A program made the translations under genes and the position numbers. The notes under the pieces are model-generated. The model was not told the origin of the DNA. It saw only the letters and a program-made list of their open reading frames with translations, and searched no databases. From assembly GCF_000143415.4 (NCBI RefSeq), contig NW_003314315.1, forward strand, positions 248,001 to 312,000: a stretch of 64,000 nt of DNA, in the 5' to 3' direction. This document shows positions 11,943 through 24,260 of this stretch, one piece after another. The stretch is from Selaginella moellendorffii. Lineage: Eukaryota; Plantae; Lycopodiophyta. Each line of letters opens with the position of its first letter. The first letter of the stretch is position 1.

Positions 11943-14900
11943 CTAGGAACTTTGCTGCTTCTGCTGCCCCTGTCCCTGTCCCTGATGCTGCTGCTGCTGC
12001 TGCTGCTCCTGCTGTTGTTGGGTCGGACTTATCTGTCCAGCAGTCGGCCTTGCCAGCGACATCATCATCGACCGCAGCTCTCCGACGATGGCTGGAAACG
12101 TTGGCCTCACTGCTGGATCGTCTGCCCAGCAGCGCTCCATCAGGGACTGCCACTCCGGGTCGCAGCTGCTGGGAACCTGGGGGCGCAGCTGATTGCTCAC
12201 GATACCGCCTGGAGAAAGAAAAGCGACGAAAACGTTCGTTGTTGGCGAGCTACACTTGGAAAGAAGAATCTAGAGTAGTTTACCGATGATTGCACCGTAG
12301 TGAAGGTCCGCGTATGGCTCCTCGCCAGTCAGGAGCTCCCACATTACAATGCCAAACGAGAAAACGTCCACCTACATGCGGCAGAGAGCATTTTGCATCA
12401 GGCCAAGCTGAAGTTGGACAAACGTTTACAACCTTTTCCGACACCGAGATGCTTCTTCCATTAAGTAACTCCGGGGCCATCCATGGCAGTGTCCCTCTCA
12501 CTCCGCCGGTAACCATCGTCTTGTGTTTTATCTTGGACAATCCCAAATCTCCCACCTGCGCAACACATTTACGAAGCATAAAACACTATTTGAGTCGTGA
12601 CTGTAACCACGATACCTTACAAACAGGCTTCTGTGAATCCCGCATGTTAACAAGCAGATTCTCTCCTTTGAGGTCGAAATGTATAATCTTCTTGTCGTGG
12701 AGATACTCCATACCAAACGCGGCATCCATGGCTACCAAGAGTCTTCGACGCCGATCCAAGATTCTATAGTACATCCACCCCCGTCAGCTCACAAACCAGC
12801 AAAAGCGCAAGAAAAGATCGCTCACCGCTCTTTTTTGTGCAAGACCTGCTTCAGCGATCCATTAACCATGAATTCCGTGACAGTAGCCAGTGTACCACCT
12901 GGACTGTCTGGTACGACTCCATAAAAGGCAACAACATTTGGATGGTGCAGGTGAGCTAATATACACGCTTCACTCCAGAAATCGTCCTTCTGGAAAACAA
13001 ATTAAAAACGTGGCAATATAACCGAAATGATTGGAATAAGTACCAGCCGATCCTGTTCCGATGGAGGTCCAAAGAAACAACTAGCTTTGATTCTCTTGAT
13101 GGCAACATCTGTTCCGCGCCATTTGCCATGGTAGACGGTACCGAATGTACCCGATCCCAATTCTCGTATTTCTTCCAGATCTGAATGCTTAATTACCTGC
13201 AAACGTGTTGGAAAAACGCACGAGGATTGTACAAGACAACTACTAACCTGTAAACCACGAGCACGGGCGGTAGCTTCCGACTCTACGGCAGAAATGGGAC
13301 GCTCTTCAAGTTCCGGGTCCGCCAAATCGATCAGTGCCGCTTCTATCCTGGAGGTAGTAACATCCGTAACCTCCGTGACTGTGATTTGAAGGTCACTGGT
13401 GTCAAGTGATCTGTCGCACCTGTTACCCTCGGTTTCAGCTACCGCTTTCCTGTTACTGCTTGTCTCTGACACCGAAAGATCGGCCATTTCTTTCATAATG
13501 TGCACTTCAGCGGCAGAAGGCTGAAAGGGCGTGTGGCCCGTATCCCCATCGGTGAGACATATCAGAGGGCCTTCATTGGAGTTGCCGTGCAATGGCCTGG
13601 AGACGGGTGAAGTATCAGAGTAAACTTGTGCACAAGCCTCTAAAGCGTGTGACAACGACGTCGAGGCCGAGCTAGCAGCGATGGACCCTCCAGACATTGT
13701 TGAGGTGCAAGAAGTCTTGCAGAATACTTCGTCGCTCGTGAGCAAGTCCATAAACATGTTGTTGGAGGAGTTCCCGGAATGCACCATCTGCGTGGTAGTG
13801 CTGCTGTCACTGCCACTACCACGACCGCTCTCAACCACAAGAGGTCGCTCGGTCCTTACGGCATGGAGGCTGTCCTCGAGAAAGTTTACTAGTGCATCCG
13901 GCAGCTGAGGCTCCAGCGCCTTACCCGTAAGTTCGGGCTCAGATCTTGGAGCTATCAACGTCGTCAAAGACGGAAGAGGTGTGGACCACCCTGGCAGAGT
14001 AGATGTTCCAGCTCCAGTGCTAACTCCCTGAGTATCCCTGTCCTTCCACTCGGAACTTGACGCTTGAACCATATGATCGGCTAGTTGCCAGCTAACCCCC
14101 CCCTGATGCAGCATACTCTCCTTCATGTTCACCTTAGAAGCAGGAGGCGTCTCTTGTAAGTCTTTTGGACTTGACCTCTCCTGATAGTCATAGGATGGCT
14201 CCGTAGATACTTGCTCAGGCAGTTGCGGAGGGTTTGAATATAGCTCACTGTAAGCCGTAACCTGAGGAAGCACAGGGGAAATTCCCAGTGCATCAGATCC
14301 TACCGCTGTCGACCATACTTGCTGCTTTTGCTGAAAGAGGCTGTCACCTGCATAAGTATAATTGTGCTCAGAAAAAGCAGCCTTCTGAGGTTGCGGCTCC
14401 ACGTATCCCTGAAACTGAGGAATCAATACTGTTTTTCTCTGCACGTCTTGTAGCGCCGCCTGCGAAACCTGAAGCGGTTGTATCACGGACTGCTGAACTT
14501 GCGGAGTCGCCTGAGATACTTGAACGTGTTGCATGACTAGATGGTGACGTGCGGCACTCTCGGAATCGCTTGAAACACTCGGCTCGGTTATAATGTACTG
14601 ACCATGTCCCAACAGATTCCTGTCTACCGGCTCCGAATGCCCGTTGACATATCCATAGTGAAATCCAGAAGCCGGCATCATCGAAGGAAGAATGGTGCCA
14701 TTGGCTAAAGCTGGAACCGACGTATACTGAGCCATGACGGGGACGCCCTGAGAAACCTGAGGTACTCGTACCGCAGCTGGAGAAACCTCCTGAATGCCTT
14801 GCGGGCTCGTGCTTTGTGCTGAAGCGTCTGAACTCTTTCTCGAAGCCCCTTCCATAAGACCATTAACAGCGTCCAGATACTGCTGCTCCGTGTTCTTCAA

Positions 14901-15694
14901 ATCACCAGAACTGTCCCCGATCACATCGTAATCCAGTGACGTGAAAAGAAACACCCTCAGCCTTGCATGCCCGTCCCCAGCTTCTAGCTTGTCAAACTCC
15001 TCCATCATATTCTCGAGGTCCTCCTCCGAGGAAACAGAGACCAGAGCGTCCAGATCCTCGTCGGGAAGCTGGTACTTGATAGCAACAGTCTGTGGCTGAA
15101 TCTCGACCATCTTGAGCATCAAATTCAGATAGCTCGTGTCGCGGGTCACTGCGATCATTCTCGTATCTCCACCGGCATATCTCAATCTCCCATCGCTGGG
15201 CCTGGGAAGAATTTTACCGCCATAACTGCACAGGAGCTTCACTCTCGTTGGCATCTCTTCCGATAAGTTTGACACATGGTCTGCCAAGAACAAAACAACA
15301 AAGAATTTTAAAAAATGAAAAATCATGGAAGGAAGAGCAATTGACCAAAACAACAAAACGTACCATCGTCTCGGCTGGTGTGGGCTGATGATATCGTCAC
15401 GCCTTCCTGCGGCTTGGAAGCTCTCATGAAAACAAATCCTTCTTGGGGAACGTTCGCGGTTGCTTGCAAGTAGGGCCTCACCGACGGAGCTCCTGGATCC
15501 AGCGGCGACATGAAATGGCTCATAGCTTCCGTGGGGTTAGCCCCAGTCGATTGGATGTAGAAACTCATCGGGTCGGCCACCGACACGAAAGAGGCTTGAT
15601 GGAGAGCTCCTGAAACCTCCACAGGAACTGGCGGCGCGTAACCCTCGACCCCTTGATTCGCGAAGGGCCAGGCCGCCATGACTCTCTGATCCAT
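11943..15694 (-). CDS. PB1-domain Raf-like MAPKKK (B4 subgroup) with C-terminal poly-Q, multi-exon
   Basis: PB1: [28 protein letters not shown]...[27 protein letters not shown]. Kinase: [54 protein letters not shown]. The C-terminus is CAG-rich QQQ. ATG at 15694. Confidence 0.92.
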
Positions 15695-16061
15695 CACTTG
15701 AGCTTCCACAACCGGCCAAGAACCAAAATATTATAGCTCACCAGAAATTCCGAGGCGACATTTCCAAATCTCGGGAGGATGAGCGCCTAAATCTTGCCGC
15801 GACGCCGACCCGGTGCTCGCTATCGATCGATCCACCGACCGAGGGATGGATCGCTGGAGCGCTCGCTGGAAGATCCCGATGCGCCACCGCCTAGGGAGCG
15901 CAATCCTGGCGCCAGCATCTCCTGCGCCTCGCACAACGATGCATCGATCCCAGAGCCTTCTTAGGGTTTGCTCCCCCTTCTCATTCTGATGCTTTACCGC
16001 ATAGAATAACCTTTTCCCCCGGGTAATAAATGGCCTATAGGGTTCTTGCAAGACCTCCAAA

Positions 16062-16763
16062 ATGGCGATCCGATTCGTCCTTCTGGTGAACAAGCAGGGC
16101 CAGACGCGATTGGCGCAGTACTACGAGCAGCTCACGATCGACGAGCGCCGGGCGCTGGAAGGCGAGATCGTCCGCAAATGCTTGGCGCGCACGGAGAATC
16201 AGGTATGAGATCTTGCACACAGCGCTTGTGATTTCCTCCAGCGCAGTGTTCGTTTGTAGAGCATCGGAATTACAAGGTCGTGTATCGGCGCTACGCCTCC
16301 CTCTTCTTCCTCATTGGAGTGGACAGCGAAGAGGTAAAAAGAAAGTCTCTCTTGTTTGTGATATTTTCTTCTTGTCTGGCTCGATTTTCTTCTTGCCTAG
16401 CTCGATTTTCGTCTTGTGTAGCTCGATTTTCTTCTTGTCTAGCTCGATCTCACCCCCATTTCTTGTTTTTCTTTGTAGAACGAGCTAGCGATTCTGGAGT
16501 TCATCCATTGCGTGGTGGAGACGATGGATCGCTACTTCGGCAATGTGGTAAGCACGAATTCCATTCTACTCACTTTTGGACAGTCGTACTGATGGATTGA
16601 TCGATGGAATTCGATCGACTCTTGGCAGTGCGAGCTCGATATCATGTACCACTTGGAGAAAGCCCACTTCATCCTCGAAGAAATGGTGATGAATGGCTGC
16701 ATTGTAGAGACCAACAAGAGCAATATCCTGGGGCCTATACAGCTTATGGACAAATCCTTCTAG
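16062..16763 (+). CDS. AP4S1: AP-4 adaptor complex sigma subunit, 4 exons
   Basis: [21 protein letters not shown]...[12 protein letters not shown]; [11 protein letters not shown]; [23 protein letters not shown]|[30 protein letters not shown]. Confidence 0.93.
16363..16448 (+). repeat. Intronic minisatellite, 4 x 21 bp (ATTTTCTTCTTGTCTAGCTCG)
   Basis: Four near-identical units seen in AP4 sigma intron 2. Confidence 0.9.
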
Positions 16764-17078
16764 TAAAAAGTACGCGGTGCTTTTTCTTGTCTTTTTACCC
16801 CGAGGTAGATTTCACGCTGCCACGAATTGGAAATCTCGACGTGCTTGGTCGTTTTTGCCAGCGACTGCTAAATAAGTATGGGGATTGAAGAGGGGATTTT
16901 GTTTAAAGCATGTTTAGGTCTTAGGCGCACGCGTGGCCGTTGGATCCCGTTCACATCCAACGGCGGTCTGCTGGGGACGAAGGGCTGAGCTATGGAGGAT
17001 ATGGGGTTTTCGCGCAGCGCCTAGCGCGGGGAGCGCGACCAGCGCGACGAGCTCTTGCGGTGCGAAATTTCGGCAGGG

Positions 17079-19215
17079 ATGGATTCCGAGGGCATGAATC
17101 CGGGGAGCTTCGACGAGAACGACGACGCCGGCAATGGTCCCGAGGAGGAGCAGCAGTACATGGCGCCGTGGGGGGAGGAGCCCGGGGAGGAGGCGGCGGC
17201 GGCGTCGCCGACGCACAGCGGATTCCAGGCTGAGGAGGTGAGCTACGAAGGCAAGGAGCAAGAGCAAGAGCAAGAGCCCGGCGTAAGCCAGGAAGCGAAT
17301 GGCGTGGAGAATGAGTATAGCGGCGGCGATGGCGCTGGGAACGAGCTCGCGGCGACGCAGTACACGGAGTCGTCAGCGCTGGACAAGGATGGGAACCTGG
17401 AGGATGGGTTTGCGGAGACCTCCGAGGACGATGGCGATGGCACTGTGGAGGAGCAATTGGCATTCGTCAAGGAGCTGGAGAAGTTCTTCCGGGAGAGGAG
17501 CATGGAGTTTAAAGCTCCCAAGTTCTATGGAGAGGAGCTCAATTGCCTCAAGTAAGCTTTTAGTTCCATAGCTTGTTCTAAAACTTTTTTTTTTTTTCTC
17601 TGGATGTTTTTCTCTTTGCTGCCAGGTTGTGGAAGGCTGTGATGAAACTGGGAGGATACGAACAGGTTAGTCTCTATATCCCGATTATATATGTTTTGGA
17701 CAATGGAAAGCCGATAGATGTTTTGATCGTCTTTGTGTTTACCAGGTGACCTCTGGAAAGCTTTGGCGTCAAGTCGGCGATTCCTTCAAACCCCCCAAGT
17801 AAGTTGCTTTGCTTTAAGAGCTCATGCCTTTAGCATTGATTCGTGTGTCTTCTTGCTCCTTTAGAACGTGCACAACCATTTCGTGGTCCTTCCGTGGCTT
17901 CTATGAAAAGGTTCACGTATTCTTATGTCTCGTGCATTTCTAAAAGGCGATGCTTTTTCTTTTCTTCCTTGCTTTTTCAGGCACTTCTCGAGTATGAGAA
18001 GTTCACGACGGGAGTTTCGGTCTACCATGATCAACCGGGCGATCCTTCGAGGTCCGAGGACGGTTTGTCTTCGGCCCCTATACAGGTGAGACTTAACTTA
18101 TCGGTTGGAGTTATCGATCCTGACGAAGGTCCTCGTTTGTTCTCGTTTGTTTTCTTATGTAGCCTCCTGGAAGGGCGAGGCGAGATGCAGCGGCAAGAGC
18201 TATGCAGGGATGGCATTCTCAACGTGGGAATGGAGACTTGGTAGAACTGCCCTCGAAGGTATGTTCACGTAAGCTTTCGCTAAGCTAGCATTTGTCTCAG
18301 AGCTTTTACTTCAGGACAAGAGCTCGGCTAGACGTGATAAACGAGGTCAGCCAACATACTTCCCTGTTTTTTTCCTTTGACTAACAGCCTGGTTTTGTTT
18401 TTGTCTCGATAATAGGCTTCTTGAAACGGAAAGATGGTTCTGGCAAAGGGAAGAAGGAGAACAGCTATGACGACTCTCATCTTTCCGCAAAGAAGAAGCT
18501 CGCAAAGCACGAGCCCTTGAAAGGCAAGGCAGTACACAGCGGCCTCGATCTGGACGTGATTGACGAAGGTCCACAAGCCGACTGGGTGAAGATCAATGTC
18601 CATCAAACGGTGAGTTCTTCCTTCCTTCGTAGCTGTTCTTCCTGGTCGATATGGCATACAGTCCGTCGAAAACCCTTCGGGGTTTTGAGTTGTAGAACTG
18701 CATTTAGAGTGGTAGGATTAGTGACGACATGCTCAGGCAGGAGCACTGCTCGTGTGGCAGATGGTAAATTGAAGTTGGCGCAAGTGACCCACTGATCGGA
18801 ACTTCTGGTTGGGCTTGTGAGCAGCGCGAATGCTTTGAGGTGTATGCTCTTGTTCCAGGACTATTGCGAGAGGAGGTGTGTTCTTCTTTTCCTTGGGTTT
18901 GATCTTGTTCTTGATGATCGTTTCGTTTGCTTTGTCAGGTAAGGATACAATGCGAGGCCGGGGGAAGGCTTGTCATTGCTGGAGAACCCGAACAACCTGA
19001 CAATCCTTGGGGAGTTACTGCCTTTAGAAAGGTTTGGGTTTTCTTCTTTCAGCTACCGTTCTCTCCGGGAAGTTTTTTCACATCGATTTGTGCAGGTGAT
19101 TAATCTGCCGCTAAAGATCGATGCTCATCAAACATCGGCCGTTGTTACGCTCCACGGGCAGCTGTTCATCAGAGTTCCATTCGCTCAATCTTCGTCGGAG
19201 CAGCAGCAGTCATGA
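17079..19215 (+). CDS. ARID/BRIGHT domain protein with C-terminal alpha-crystallin (HSP20-like) domain
   Basis: Acidic N-terminus. ARID: GTVEEQLAFVKELEKFFRERSMEFKAPKFYGEELNCLK|LWKAVMKLGGYEQ..TCTTISWSFRGFYEK|ALLEYE; GRARRDAAARAMQGWH. ACD: GPQADWVKINV..CFEVYALVPGLLREE..DAHQTSAVVTLHGQLFIRVPF. Confidence 0.9.
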
Positions 19216-19604
19216 CGAAAGTTCTAGCGAAGAAAAGAAAGAATCAGAAACGAAAGAAAAGAAGAATGATAAAGCGCGAAAGATTTGGAGCTGCTGTGTG
19301 ATTCATTCGTGGGGAAGAAGGCGAAGGGATGTAAATTCTTTTTAATGGAGAAACAACAAAGAAAAAGTATTGCTATGGGTCTACCGTACGATGGGCCGTG
19401 GTGTGTACGGAATCCATAGAGGTCATTTTGTGACCGTTGTGTGTCAAAATTGTCCTCTTTCAAAGTAACAACACCTAATGTGAAGGAAGGGATTGTGAGA
19501 GGAGGGGCTGTGTTTCTTGAGCTAGGGCGCAGCGGCACCTAGGGTTTCACTGCGCATTGGTCGAGGCGCTGCGAGATCGGGGGTAATCGGCTTGGTTTCT
19601 AGCT

Positions 19605-20880
19605 ATGGTGGAGGCGCCAGAGGCTGTCCCCGAGGAGCGGCGATGGAAGCTCGCGGATTTCGACATTGGGAAGCCTCTGGGCCGCGGGAAGTTTGGAAAC
19701 GTGTATCTCGCCAGAGAGAAGAGAGTATGTGTTCTTGCATTACATTTTGCGCTGCTTGATGGTAGCTAACGTTTCTTACTCCCTTGATGTGTAGAGTAAA
19801 TACGTTGTGGCGCTCAAAGTGCTGTTCAAGAACCAGCTCCAGCAGTCGCAAGTCGAGCATCAACTGCGTCGCGAGATTGAGATCCAAAGTCACTTGAGAC
19901 ATCCCAACATTCTCCGTCTCTATGGATATTTCTATGATCAGGTTGGGCATTTCTCGAATTTTTTCTCTTCTCCTTCCAGTAGTTCCTGATGCTCTTGTTT
20001 TGATCACACAGAATAGAGTGTATCTTATACTCGAGTATGCTGCCAAAGGCGAGCTGTACAAGGAACTCCAACGGTGCAAAGTTTTCTCCGAGAAGAGAGC
20101 GGCGACTGTAAGATAACGTCCATATGTTGCCCTGATTTATTGTTTCTTTCTGCAGTACATCGCTTCTTTGGCAAGGGCATTAATGTACTGCCACGAGAAA
20201 CATGTCATCCACAGAGACATCAAGCCAGAAAATCTCCTTATTGGGATGAAGGTAAGCCTTTCTAATTCGTAAAACGAGAAGCGGTTACTAGTTTTGTATC
20301 GGCAGGGTGAACTGAAAATAGCTGACTTTGGGTGGTCAGTCCATACATTTAACCGGAGGCGGACGATGTGTGGAACTCTCGACTATCTCCCTCCAGAAAT
20401 GGGTGTGTACTCTACTGCACTTCGTTTTCGCTCTGGTCGTTGCTAACTGGGAGTTCTTACAGTGGAAAATAAGGAGCACGATGCAAGCGTAGATGTGTGG
20501 AGCTTGGGTGTTCTCTGCTACGAGTTCCTGTTTGGCACTCCTCCTTTCGAAGCTCAGAAACTGTCGGATACCTACAGACGGTACAGAAGAAGACGTATTT
20601 GATTTCTAGCTATTTTACTTTGATCAACCGTGTGCAGCATTGTCCGAGTGGATTTGAAGTTTCCAATCAAGCCAGTGATCTCTACAGCGGCAAAAGATCT
20701 CATATGCCAGGTACTGAACTTCTCACACAAAGAACTTTGCTGATCCATCGTCGTTTGCAGCTTCTATGCAAGGATTCTTCGCAAAGACTTCCTCTGAAAG
20801 AACTTCTCGCTCATCCATGGATTACTGCTAATGCAGATCCATCGGGGATTTATGCTGGCAGTGGTGGAGCTAGTGCATAG
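19605..20880 (+). CDS. AUR1: Aurora kinase (alpha-Aurora-like), multi-exon
   Basis: [26 protein letters not shown]; [44 protein letters not shown]; [10 protein letters not shown]; [27 protein letters not shown]. Confidence 0.93.
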
Positions 20881-21049
20881 CGAAAGAAATAAAATGGGAA
20901 AGGAAAATCTAATCTGTGAAAAGATTAATATAAAAAACCGTCAAAGAAACTTTGTCTCCAGATTTTTTAGAGTGTTAGTATCTCATAACTTGTTAATGCT
21001 TTTGGTTTGGACACATATTTTAACTTTAATTCTTGAGAAATAAAATTGA

Positions 21050-23700
21050 ATTAGTTCAATTCATTATGGGATTATCTATAATGTGGCAAAACATGTGTTA
21101 AGATTATGTGTTTATTTTTTTTCCAATCATATACAATTATGTAATGCCTTTTTGTCTTGAGTTGTAATATAATATGTTACACAATAAATTTTTCAATATA
21201 AGTTATGTAAATTTAGAGTTTGATTAGTTAAAAAAATTTGCATTCTATAATGTAACTTCTAAAAAATTCAACTTCCACAATTAAATAGTTCAAAATTTAA
21301 TTAATTTTGAAATTTGAATTATATCACAATTTTAAAAAGTTTTTGGTCATGTGAAACATGTTTGGGTGGTATAATATATTTATATATATAAATTTAATTA
21401 AAGATATAATTAGAGGAATTAAATATATAATAAATAAAGTCAATGGTGTTTGAGGCTAAAAAATAAATACCTCGTAAAAAAACTTTATAAATAAAGATAT
21501 AATGATTATTATTTACATAAATTAGGTAATTTTTAAATTCTTAAAAATAATAAATCTTTAAGTTATTAATATACTAACCAAATTTTTTATGACACATATA
21601 TTTTTGTTTTGTAGTGACTAGGCACTATATTAAATAAATAATAAATAATTAAAATATAAAGTTGAATTTTTTTTATAACATTTGCATATTTAAATATTTA
21701 CTACAGTATAGTGGAAATAAGTACATATAGAAGTTGCATTTAGATATGTTTCAACATCAATCACACGGATTTTATTAGCTTCTATGATTGAAAAAGCTGT
21801 GGGTATATCATTGGAGGATATTTACATTGAGATTAGAGTGTATCTGGATGGATAATATATAAATATATAAATAAATACAGTTTTATTAATAAGATATTTT
21901 TATTTATATTTTTTATAAAAATATATTGCTCATGATAAATGGGTTTAATGTTTAACCATTGTAACAAACAATATATTATATCTCTAAACCTGTTTATTGA
22001 CCATCCTTTAAAATTATCATTAATTCAGATTTACAACTATGAAAAAAACTTATTTTTGTGTTTTACTTTTGGTCAACTTAGCCCATGTTAATTTAGATTC
22101 ACAATATTTATTTTTTTGCAACACCACATATAGGAAGTTTGACTCACTCTATTTATCTTTTTTATCCACCCCTCAAAAGAAATTTTAAACATCAAACTTT
22201 ATTTAAATTTGTTGCATTCGTATTTGCTATCAATGTTTAACCTCAATTCAGTATAAAATTTATTCGGCCTCACTATGATAAAGTTAAATATCTCATTCAA
22301 ACTAACTATATTTATCTTAATTTTATTTATATCGTTCATCTTTGCTTTATTACTATATTTATTCATTTTTACTTTATCTAGACTCTTGTTAAACTCTTGT
22401 CTATTACTTTATCCCTTCTTCCAAAAGTTTGAAATGTTAAGGCAAAAAAGAAAAAGTAAAAAAGAAACATTGTGAAAAAAAAGTAAATAAAAAAACATTA
22501 AAAGAGGAATTTTTAGTAGTTAATGGAAATGTATTTAAAGCTTGGAGAATAAAAGTCTTCCTATTTTAAAATGTCATAAGATAAATAAAAAATTCACACC
22601 ACTCAATCTCTTCAACACATGACTCAATTTTTTATATGAAAATCAATAGAAATATCCATACTCTCAAGAAAATATATAAATCCCTTAGTAACAATGATAA
22701 AACAAAAAATTTTAACATCACTCACAACTAGAGATATATATTTAACCCAAAACTCTAACAAAAGTGACTAAACCTTTAGAATAAAGGATTACTTAACACT
22801 AGAACTTAAAAATATGATAACATAGAATAGAAATAAAGAATAAAAAAAGGTTAAGAAAGAGTAAAAAGTAAAGAAAAAAGATCAAAAGGTAAACTAAAAG
22901 ATACTGTGTGAAATTTTTAAATTTGTCTCTAAAGATATTTTTATAGTAATCAGGCTCCTCATCACAATTTAGAATCCACTTAAGCTCATATATATAGTAT
23001 TCCTATGTACTTTATCCTTGAACATTCTCCAAAACTCAAACTATAACTGCAATTGATATTATGATTATGCTTTCATATTAATGGGAGACAATAGGACACT
23101 AGAAACAAAAATATCATGTAATCACATCCTATAGAAGTTGAAGATTGATAATATAATTACACCCTATAGCATAAAAAACTCAATCCAACTGAATAACATT
23201 AATAGCCTCGAGTAACATATTTGTATGGTGGAAAAAGGAAATGCAATGAAGTTCAAAAGGAAGAGAAAATCTAAGTATAACAATAATTAAAAGTTTAGAT
23301 ATGACAAAAAGCTATATAAATCTAGACTTAAAAGAATAAAAATAAGAACAAATAAAGGAATAAGAATAAAAGCAAAATCTTGAACACTATGTAAAGCAGT
23401 GTTAAAAAACTTTACCCTCTAGGAATAAATTATAACTTTACTTCTATCAATGTGAGTGTTCAAGATATGGGAATAAGTATATAAATTAGGGTCTAAACCC
23501 TTTCTTATATACAAGAATGACTAGATATTATAATTAGCATATTATTAATACATAATTTACATATATATTTATATATATGAAATTTTTATTTTATTTTAGT
23601 TTATATGTAAATATTTTTCAAGTTACTTTTCTATTGCTATTTTTGAAAAACATTAGAATACTTTAATAAGTTTTTGCTGGTTAAATTCTTTGCATTCAAG
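21050..23700. other. Very AT-rich intergenic block, probably decayed repeats
   Basis: Strongly AT-rich and CpG-poor with no credible ORF. A TE origin is inferred; no family was recognised. Confidence 0.35.
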
Positions 23701-24260
23701 TTTTATATCTCTGCCAATTTCCAAGAAGTTTCATATGACAAACTTAGAAGAAACTATTCAGATCTCAATAACTAAAAAGCTACTTTCTGGATGATACCAA
23801 TGATTTCATTGATAGATTGCACAAGAGCCTGGAAAAGTCGTTTACCGCCACAGCTACAATAGCTATGTTGAATGAGAAGTAAAACAGCATATCTGCTTGC
23901 AAGTTTTCTGGCGTGTCCAAAACTTTATTGCCCTCAAAATACTTTCTCTCACATTTTCTCCAACTGAATATAACTCATTCTCAACACAAACTTGAATGAG
24001 GTAACATTGGAACTTGTCAAAGAGTGACCTTGAAATTGTTTTCCCCATTGCAAAACCCTAGCCCCTCTCTTCTCTCTCTTTACACCAAAACGGGAATATG
24101 CCTCGAGTGGCAGGGCATCAGGGTTTCTCGACGATTGAGCTTGGGGGAGAATGCAAGAGCTGGAGTAGCGGCGGCATCGGATCTGCGACTCGGCTGCGGC
24201 CGTGAGTAGCTGCGCAGCTCGAAAATCTCTGGAATTTAGGTCTGTAGGATCTCCTGGTGG

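Noticed and set aside
16280-16600. ORF with repeated ARFSSCL peptide
   Set aside because: Translation of the intronic 21-bp minisatellite.
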